This document shows, one piece after another, positions 8,578 through 14,902 of a stretch of DNA of 15,563 bases. The stretch is from Bdellovibrionota bacterium. Its GTDB lineage: Bacteria > Bdellovibrionota_C > UBA2361. Every line of letters begins with the position of its first letter. Position 1 is the first letter of the stretch. Position numbers and translations under genes: made by a program. The notes under the pieces are model-generated. The model was not told the DNA's origin. It saw nothing but the letters and a program-made list of their open reading frames with translations, and ran no database searches. Location of the stretch: assembly GCA_044352465.1 (NCBI GenBank), contig JBILDU010000073.1, positions 1 to 15,563 of the forward strand, given 5' to 3'.

Positions 8578-8766
8578 CTAATGAATGGACGGGGTCTCGG
8601 ACTCTTCCGCGTCGCTCTCCTCACCCGCACACACCTCAGCGATGAGGTTAAAAGCTCGGGTCAAAAGCTCGAGTTCGTCGGCGGCCACTTCAATTATCTC
8701 GAGGGCCTCTGGTTCGGAGGACACAGCGGGTACGAGGAGAATTTGTTCTTTCTGCTGCTTTGCCAT
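8578..8766 (-). CDS. Small acidic hypothetical protein (62 aa)
   Basis: MAKQQKEQILLVP...helical core...EESDAEESETPSIH; non-overlapping and convergent with rnb; no clear RBS; no family recognised. Confidence 0.55.
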   Translation of the reverse strand: MAKQQKEQILLVPAVSSEPEALEIIEVAADELELLTRAFNLIAEVCAGEESDAEESETPSIH

Positions 8767-8842
8767 GAACGGTTTCACGAGTTGATAAAACCACCACTGC
8801 TCTCACCACCGCGTTAGAGAGCACAAAACGGGCCAATGAAAG

Positions 8843-8869
8843 GTATCGTCCCAATTCCTCGCACGCTTA
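8843..8869 (-). promoter_or_regulatory. Candidate sigma28/FliA-type promoter for the small acidic ORF
   Basis: Minus strand TAAG-N15-GACGATAC versus consensus TAAA-N15-GCCGATAA (9/12 matches, correct spacing). Confidence 0.4.
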
Positions 8870-8992
8870 AGTAAAAAATCGTTTGTGGCTGTAAAGTAAA
8901 GGACTTAGCCTTTTCTCCAGATATCGGGGATAGGTCCTAGCCGTCACCGATTTGACGAAACGGCAAAAGATTCCCGACACACCGGGGGTCAG

Positions 8993-9556
8993 CTACTTAC
9001 CGGGATTTACATCGATAGCGAGGATAAGACCTGCGTCGGTCTGATGATCAGTTCCCGTAAGAAGGCTCTCCCCACAGGGGAAGTGCATCCGGGTATCGAG
9101 GATCTGCGCGCCACCCCGATCGAGCCACTTGAGCCACAGGCCGGCCCGCCGATCCTCCACGTAGAGGGGGCGCACCACCAGCGACTGACCATCGGAGAGG
9201 GGCAAAGTCGTTTTCTTTTTAAGGCCCACCGTTTCCTGAACTGCGGTGAGCAACCGAAAATTTTTAAACTCAATCTTCTGAAGCTTCGCAGCGAGATCCT
9301 CGATCGCCGGTTCCAATCGCTGGACGATCGCACCCTCATCTTCGCTGCTCGGCTCAATCGGCTCGGTCGCCTTAATTACCCGCACCCGCACATCGACCTG
9401 ACGGGTTGGCACCGCGGCAAGCTCGATTATCGAGCGCTTCGGACCTTCAACATCAAGCAGCGACGAGAGCCCCGCGGGCTCAGCCGACACAGCTCCCGAC
9501 CGAAGCGACCATACAGCAAGGACCAGTGGAACAAAGAATATCGAACGTCGATTCAT
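8993..9556 (-). CDS. Exported hypothetical protein of the ECF sigma cluster
   Basis: Signal-peptide-like MNRRSIFFVPLVLAVWSLRSGAVSA and a beta-rich mature region; follows the anti-sigma gene on the same strand. Alternative TTG start at 9592. Confidence 0.75.
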   Translation of the reverse strand: MNRRSIFFVPLVLAVWSLRSGAVSAEPAGLSSLLDVEGPKRSIIELAAVPTRQVDVRVRVIKATEPIEPSSEDEGAIVQRLEPAIEDLAAKLQKIEFKNFRLLTAVQETVGLKKKTTLPLSDGQSLVVRPLYVEDRRAGLWLKWLDRGGAQILDTRMHFPCGESLLTGTDHQTDAGLILAIDVNPGK

Positions 9557-9604
9557 AAAAAGGTCACACGTCGAGGCACGTTGGTCGCACAATCCTCTCG
9601 CCGA

Positions 9605-10306
9605 TCACCGAGGATACCGCCCTCCGCTTGAGCGCTGAATATCAACGCTATCAGGGGTAGGAGCGACGAAACGCTCACCCGGGAGAAATTTCGGCGATTG
9701 TGGGCGCCGCACCCAAATTATCGCCGAGTTGCGCTGCGGATCTTGCATCACCCGCACCCGCCCGTTGCCCCGGACCCAATCGACTTCGACGGGATGACGC
9801 GAACGCACCCCACCGCCAGCAGAAGCAAGATTAACAACCGGTACCTGCGTCGTACCGGATTTTGCAACGCCCAATGGCGCGACGTTCTCTGGCCCGTTCT
9901 CTAGCCCAGGATGAGGAGCGACGAAGAATAAGATCAAGCCCGCCAGCGCAGCGCCACTCGGGATTCCCCAAGCAACTTGGCGATGCTCACGAACGAGGGC
10001 CACAAATTTTTGCACCACCGTCTCGCGCCGTTTACCGAGGAACAACTCAGCGCGCTCCTCTTGCGCGATACGCGCAGCGATCCCACTCCACAGGTCCCCT
10101 TTCTCGGTACCGGTTGAGCGCTCTACGAGAAGCCGCTTCGCCTCATCCAGCGCCGCCAGGAAATCACGCGCAGCCGCACGACGCTTGACGAGCCGCTCCG
10201 CCCGAAAACGCGCAACCAGGCCGCATTCGCCGTCGTGGAGCCGCGCAAGCAAGCGCTCCTCTCGACCGGTGAGCTCTGTGGTGCGTTTGTGATTTGTCTC
10301 TACCAT
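9605..10306 (-). CDS. Membrane-anchored anti-sigma factor with degenerate (zinc-less) ZAS-type domain
   Basis: N-terminal RLLARLHDGEC pattern typical of anti-sigma domains, LW..I.ARI motif, one TM (WGIPSGAALAGLILFFVA) and a short extracytoplasmic beta domain; downstream of the ECF sigma. Confidence 0.75.
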   Translation of the reverse strand: MVETNHKRTTELTGREERLLARLHDGECGLVARFRAERLVKRRAAARDFLAALDEAKRLLVERSTGTEKGDLWSGIAARIAQEERAELFLGKRRETVVQKFVALVREHRQVAWGIPSGAALAGLILFFVAPHPGLENGPENVAPLGVAKSGTTQVPVVNLASAGGGVRSRHPVEVDWVRGNGRVRVMQDPQRNSAIIWVRRPQSPKFLPGERFVAPTPDSVDIQRSSGGRYPR

Positions 10307-10498
10307 AGCCGCCTTCGGGACATTATGCGTGGACTTCGGGAACTTCCACCAGCTCCTAACGCCCCCTTAAGTGCTCCCCTCGCCCCGCACCGACGTGCGC
10401 CAAGACCGGATAGCCTCTTGAATCTACTCAAAAAACAGACCTTACTCAAAAACCTCACCACGCCACGAAGCTGTACGCCTAACCGGTTTGACGTTCAG

Positions 10499-11164
10499 CT
10501 AGGCCGATTCATTCACTTTATTTCGAAGAATCGACTCATTGCCCTCACCCACGGGGGCCCCCTCGACCGACCGCCCCTCCGGTGCGATATCGGCGAGCGC
10601 ACCCTGCATCCGCTTCCGCGCATAATGGAGCCGACTCATAACGGTCCCTTTCGTAACTCCCGTTACCCGCGCGATATCGTCGTAGCTAAGCCCCTCAACT
10701 TCACGCAGCACGATGACCGCGCGATGCTCAGCCGAAAGTTCAGCCACGACCCGCGCGATCCGAGCGCGCTGCTCCTTCTCCACGATCGCCTCATGCGGGC
10801 CAACTACTCGGCCGGTGATATCCTCCCCACCAGTCCCCCCACTGACCTCATCGTATGCAAGGGTATCGCCACCCCGCCGGACCATCTTACGCTTGAAGTC
10901 GATCGCCATATTATAGACGATCCGATAGAGCCACGTGTAGAACGCCGACTGGTTCTTAAACTCAGGCAGCGAGAGATACGCTTTAACGAAAGACTCTTGA
11001 ACAATATCCTCGGCATCCTCCCGAGATTTCACGATCTCGAGGGCGATACCAAGGGCACGCTGCTGGTACTTTTCGACGAGGACACGGTAGGCCTCTCGGT
11101 CACCCGCGATCACCCGCGCGACGAGATCTCGATCAACCCCGTTATGTGATTGCACCTCGGTCAT
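10499..11164 (-). CDS. ECF-family RNA polymerase sigma factor (RpoE/SigW-like)
   Basis: Region 2 DAEDIVQESFVKAYLSLPEFKNQSAFYTWLYRIVYN and region 4 LREVEGLSYDDIARVTGVTKGTVMSRLHYARKRM; ATG 11164 with GGGGA RBS. Confidence 0.95.
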   Translation of the reverse strand: MTEVQSHNGVDRDLVARVIAGDREAYRVLVEKYQQRALGIALEIVKSREDAEDIVQESFVKAYLSLPEFKNQSAFYTWLYRIVYNMAIDFKRKMVRRGGDTLAYDEVSGGTGGEDITGRVVGPHEAIVEKEQRARIARVVAELSAEHRAVIVLREVEGLSYDDIARVTGVTKGTVMSRLHYARKRMQGALADIAPEGRSVEGAPVGEGNESILRNKVNESA

Positions 11165-11184
11165 TAATCCCCGCACAGCGGTAA

Positions 11185-13938
11185 TCACCCCTGCGCCTCC
11201 TGCCACGTACGTCCGTGCCCCACCTCAACTTTGAGCGGCACCGCGAGCGCCGCCGCCCCCTCCATAATCGAGTGAATCATCTGCTCCGCCGCAGGAACAA
11301 AATCGGTGCGGCACTCAAAAACAAGTTCGTCGTGGATCTGTAGAATCATCTTGAGCGGCGCTTCGCTCGAGCGGATCCATTCATCGAGCCGCACCATCGC
11401 TCGCTTGATAAGATCCGCCGCAGTACCTTGCAACGGCGCATTCAGCGCTGCACGCATCAGGAATCCACGATCACGCCCCTCGGCGTTGATCTCGGCGAGG
11501 AAACGCTTTCGTCCAAAAAACGTGGTGACGTACCCCTGAGCGGTGGCTTCCTTCTCGAGACGATCAAAAAACTCGCTCACCTTCGGATATTTCGCAAAAT
11601 AGCTCTCGATATAGCGAGTTGCTTCACCAACCGGGATACCAAGCTCCCGTCCAAGCCGAAACCCGCTCATCCCGTAGACGATACCGAAATTGATCGTCTT
11701 CCCGATACGCCGCTGCTCCGTCGAAACATCTTCCTCAGCGCCCAGTCCCAACACCTCACGGGCTGTCTTCGCGTGAACATCGATCCCATCGGTGAACGCC
11801 GCGATGAGATTTTTATCCCCGCTCATGTGGGCCAGGAGCCGCAGCTCGATCTGCGAGTAGTCGGCTGAGATCAGAAGCGCCCCCTCCTCAGCTACGAATG
11901 CGCCGCGAATCCGTTGCCCCTCCTTCGTCTGCACCGGAATATTCTGTAGATTCGGATCGGAGCTTGAAAGCCGCCCCGTGCCGGTTCCGGCCTGATTGAA
12001 GCGACTGTGGAGCCGTCCATCGACCTTCGACACCTGCGCGGGGAGCGCATCGACATAGGTGCTCTTCAATTTATGAATCATGCGGTAGTGCAGGATCGCC
12101 CCGGGCAATGGATGCACGTCGCTCAATTTTTCAAGCACACTGGAGTCGGTGGAGATCCCGGTCTTGGTCTTCTTTATTCCTTGCGTCGATATCCCCAACT
12201 TGTTGAACAGCACATCGGCGAGCTGCTTCGGGGAATTGAGGTTAAATTCGGTACCCGCCAAACCGTAGATCTCTTTCTCCAGTCGGGCGATCTCCGCCCC
12301 AAACTCGGCTGACATTTCGCCCAACAACGCGGTATCGAGCTTGACCCCGGCGAGCTCCATCCGCGCCAGCACCGGCACCAGCGGCATTTCGATCGTACGA
12401 AACACTTCGGTGAGCGCCTGTTCCCCCAGTTGTTTTTCAAGCTGTGGCTTTAGAAGCCATACGACATGGGCATCCTGACCACCATACTGAGTCGCCGCGA
12501 GCGGATCGACATACGAAAAATCGGGGTGCTCCCCCACGACGTCTTCGTATTCGATTAAGGGACGCTTCAGGAATTCGAGGCACAAGGCGGTCAAATTATG
12601 CGTGTTGCGGTCAGGGTTCAACACATACGACGCGATCATCGTGTCGAAATCGATCCCGTCCATCTCGAGACCACACCGCGCGAGCACACTCGCGTCGTAC
12701 TTAATATTTTGTCCGAACTTTTTAACCGCGGGATCGGCGAGATGCGGCCCGCACCCCCGTTTAAACTCTTCCCACGTCACCTGTTCATGTGTGCTATCAC
12801 GGTGCCCGAGCGGAATGTAGAAAGCTTCCTCGTCCGACCAGCAAAAGGAGACCCCGACCACACTCGCCTCTTGTACATTCAGAGAGGTCGATTCGATATC
12901 GATGGCATAGGCGCGCTGCTGCGCGAACAGCTCTCGCCACGCTGGGAAGTCTGCGCCCCACACGGTGTGGTAGCGGTGCTCCGGCGCCGCCACGACCTCC
13001 CGCTCTGACCGTGGAGTGAAATGGAACTCTTTCACCAGCGAACTAAACTCAAACTCCTCCACGAGCGCTGCCAGCTTCGCCTCATCGGGCGCACGACGCT
13101 CCATGACATGAAGGATGTCGGAATCTGATAAACTAGAAACGGCCACTTCGTTCTCACCGCGCGGGAGTTTGACCGGACAATCAAGGTCGATCTCCACAAG
13201 CCGTCGACTTAGACGGAGGAGTTCGGCTTCTGATTCAATCGTCGCCGCAATTTTCGCACGATTGCGGATCTCTTTGTCTTCTTTGATCTTTTCAGCCGCG
13301 CCGATGACACCTTCAACGGTGCCATATCTTAAAATAAGCTGCGTGGCGGTCTTTGGCCCCACACCGCTCAGCCCCGGGATGTTGTCGGAGGTATCCCCCA
13401 TGAGCGCCAGCACTTCACACACCTTCTCCGGCCCCACGCCGAATTTTTCGACAACTTCAGCGTGTTGGAACCGCCGATCGCGCATCGTGTCCCACATCGA
13501 CACGTGCCCATCCACCAGCTGCATCAGATCTTTGTCGGCACCGACGATGACCACATCGTGGCCCGCGGCGGAAAGGCGCTTAGCGAGAGTACCGAGGATG
13601 TCGTCAGCTTCGAACCCAGGGAGCTCAAGAGTTGGCAGCCCAAGAGCGCGGGTAAGCTCCCGAAAATAAGGCATCTGCTTGCGCAGCTCATCGGGGCATT
13701 CTTCCCGGTTCGCCTTGTACTCGGGGTAAAGCGCGGTTCGAAAGGTCGCCCGCCCGGCATCGAAGACCGCCACGACGTGGTCCGAGTTCGCCTCGGTCAG
13801 GAGCTTTAAAAGCATCCGCGTAAACCCGTAGAGCGCGTTCGTGGGGAAGCCGGCTCGGTTGGTCAACCGCGTAATCGCAAAGAAGGCCCGAAAGATGTAC
13901 CCGGAGCCGTCGACAAGATAGACCGTGTTGCCACTCAT
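11185..13938 (-). CDS. polA: DNA polymerase I with 5'-3' exonuclease, 3'-5' exonuclease and polymerase domains
   Basis: LVDGSGYIFRAFFA, FEADDILGT, GDTSDNIPG; ExoI DIEST, ExoII NIKYD, ExoIII YGGQD; motif A ADYSQIELRLLAH, B RRIGKTINFGIVYG, C LQIHDEL. Confidence 0.99.
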   Translation of the reverse strand: MSGNTVYLVDGSGYIFRAFFAITRLTNRAGFPTNALYGFTRMLLKLLTEANSDHVVAVFDAGRATFRTALYPEYKANREECPDELRKQMPYFRELTRALGLPTLELPGFEADDILGTLAKRLSAAGHDVVIVGADKDLMQLVDGHVSMWDTMRDRRFQHAEVVEKFGVGPEKVCEVLALMGDTSDNIPGLSGVGPKTATQLILRYGTVEGVIGAAEKIKEDKEIRNRAKIAATIESEAELLRLSRRLVEIDLDCPVKLPRGENEVAVSSLSDSDILHVMERRAPDEAKLAALVEEFEFSSLVKEFHFTPRSEREVVAAPEHRYHTVWGADFPAWRELFAQQRAYAIDIESTSLNVQEASVVGVSFCWSDEEAFYIPLGHRDSTHEQVTWEEFKRGCGPHLADPAVKKFGQNIKYDASVLARCGLEMDGIDFDTMIASYVLNPDRNTHNLTALCLEFLKRPLIEYEDVVGEHPDFSYVDPLAATQYGGQDAHVVWLLKPQLEKQLGEQALTEVFRTIEMPLVPVLARMELAGVKLDTALLGEMSAEFGAEIARLEKEIYGLAGTEFNLNSPKQLADVLFNKLGISTQGIKKTKTGISTDSSVLEKLSDVHPLPGAILHYRMIHKLKSTYVDALPAQVSKVDGRLHSRFNQAGTGTGRLSSSDPNLQNIPVQTKEGQRIRGAFVAEEGALLISADYSQIELRLLAHMSGDKNLIAAFTDGIDVHAKTAREVLGLGAEEDVSTEQRRIGKTINFGIVYGMSGFRLGRELGIPVGEATRYIESYFAKYPKVSEFFDRLEKEATAQGYVTTFFGRKRFLAEINAEGRDRGFLMRAALNAPLQGTAADLIKRAMVRLDEWIRSSEAPLKMILQIHDELVFECRTDFVPAAEQMIHSIMEGAAALAVPLKVEVGHGRTWQEAQG

Positions 13939-13947
13939 AGGGCTCTG

Positions 13948-13976
13948 AAGCTAGCACGGTCCGGGGCTACCACCAA
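13948..13976 (-). promoter_or_regulatory. Candidate sigma70 promoter of polA
   Basis: Minus strand TTGGTG-N17-TAGCTT with extended TG; the -10 ends 9 nt before the ATG. Confidence 0.45.
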
Positions 13977-14018
13977 AAAACTTCGCCCGTCCAACCGGAA
14001 CGGGACCGGGGGCGGGCG
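13975..14018 (-). terminator. Terminator-like hairpin upstream of polA
   Basis: Stem CGCCCG...CGGGCG with an inner CCGG/CCGG helix, followed on the minus strand by AAG-T6. Confidence 0.45.
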
Positions 14019-14181
14019 TGAGCGGGATCATCCACGCTAGCGGTCAGTAGCAGGAAAGTGCCCCTGCCCTCTATCGATGTCGTGCCAACCTTGAGAAATG
14101 CCGCCACCAGAGTCCTTCTCCGCGTGGCTCCAAATCCTGAGGCCTCGCTTGGACCGTCAAAAAATTCGCGGGGGGGCTAGC

Positions 14182-14499
14182 TTATCGGACCATCCCGAGT
14201 CGAAGGCCCAACTTTTCGTTGAGCGCAGCCCGAAGCCGGTTTTGGACTGCGGCGGGGACGGGTTTCTCCTCGCTATTGAGCTCATGAGCGAGCTCAATCG
14301 TCATCTCGTAACCCCGTTTAATCTCCCCACAGTAGTTGCAATCCTCGATGTGCGACTCCAACCGGGCCGCAAGGGTCGGGGAAAGATCCCCTTCGACGAG
14401 GTCTCCCAACAACTCAACAACATCGACGCAATCGAGCGTATGTTTCTCAAGGACCATAAGTTGAAAGTCGTTTAGAGCGGGGGTCTTCGTCGGTGCCAT
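14182..14499 (-). CDS. Soluble zinc-binding anti-sigma (ZAS / zf-HC2, RsrA-like) protein, 105 aa
   Basis: C-x25-H-x3-C-x2-C (C VDVVELLGDLVEGDLSPTLAARLES H IED C NY C), C-terminal PAAVQNRL, no TM; alternative ATG at 14526. Confidence 0.85.
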   Translation of the reverse strand: MAPTKTPALNDFQLMVLEKHTLDCVDVVELLGDLVEGDLSPTLAARLESHIEDCNYCGEIKRGYEMTIELAHELNSEEKPVPAAVQNRLRAALNEKLGLRLGMVR

Positions 14500-14529
14500 G
14501 GAGGTCTCTTTATGTAGTCTTCTCATTAC

Positions 14530-14556
14530 AGATGTTTAGGGCTAAGTCCCGGTGAC
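14530..14556 (-). promoter_or_regulatory. Candidate ECF-type promoter of the ZAS gene
   Basis: Minus strand GTCACC-N16-CATCT, ending about 30 nt before ATG 14499. Confidence 0.35.
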
Positions 14557-14743
14557 GAATCAAGAAAACCACAAAACAAAAGAGCTACTTACCGACAAAA
14601 CCGAGCGTCACCTGCCTTTATTTGATTCGAGTGTCAAAAAAACGATGCAAATTTGTTACAACTTTTTTACGTTTCTTTGACAAAGTCCCTAAACCCCCTA
14701 TTCCACACGCTTTTCACCCCCCCGACAAACTCTACCGCCCCCT

Positions 14744-14772
14744 TACCTCCAAGTCTCTGAGACTTGGAGGTA
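14744..14772. repeat. Perfect 29-bp palindrome (14-bp arms, 1-nt centre)
   Basis: TACCTCCAAGTCTC-T-GAGACTTGGAGGTA; imperfect pairing extends to about 14729-14790. Confidence 0.9.
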
Positions 14773-14902
14773 GAGGCGGAGGCGTAGGGTATGCTCTCTC
14801 CCCCAGATAGCTACCCATAACTATTCACACGGGTGTTCGGGAGGTCGGCGATACCTCCAGACGATCGAAGGGGTTCGATCGGAAAATGGTTTTGGGGGTT
14901 AT

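Noticed and set aside
8901..8910. GGACTTAGCC shared with the minus strand at 14540-14549
   Set aside because: A few 10-mer matches are expected by chance among about 2.2 kb of intergenic DNA.
10339..10345. GGAACTT, an RpoE-like -35 on the plus strand
   Set aside because: No matching -10 at the right spacing, and it points antisense into the sigma gene.
10235..11149. 304-aa plus-strand ORF opposite the sigma gene
   Set aside because: Antisense shadow of a high-GC gene with no motifs; same reasoning for ORFs such as 1897..2535, 3924..4607, 7466..8101, 9044..9631 and 13115..13669.
14072..14088. Sigma54-like TGGCAC on the minus strand
   Set aside because: The -12 position reads TCGA, not TTGC; the essential GC is missing.
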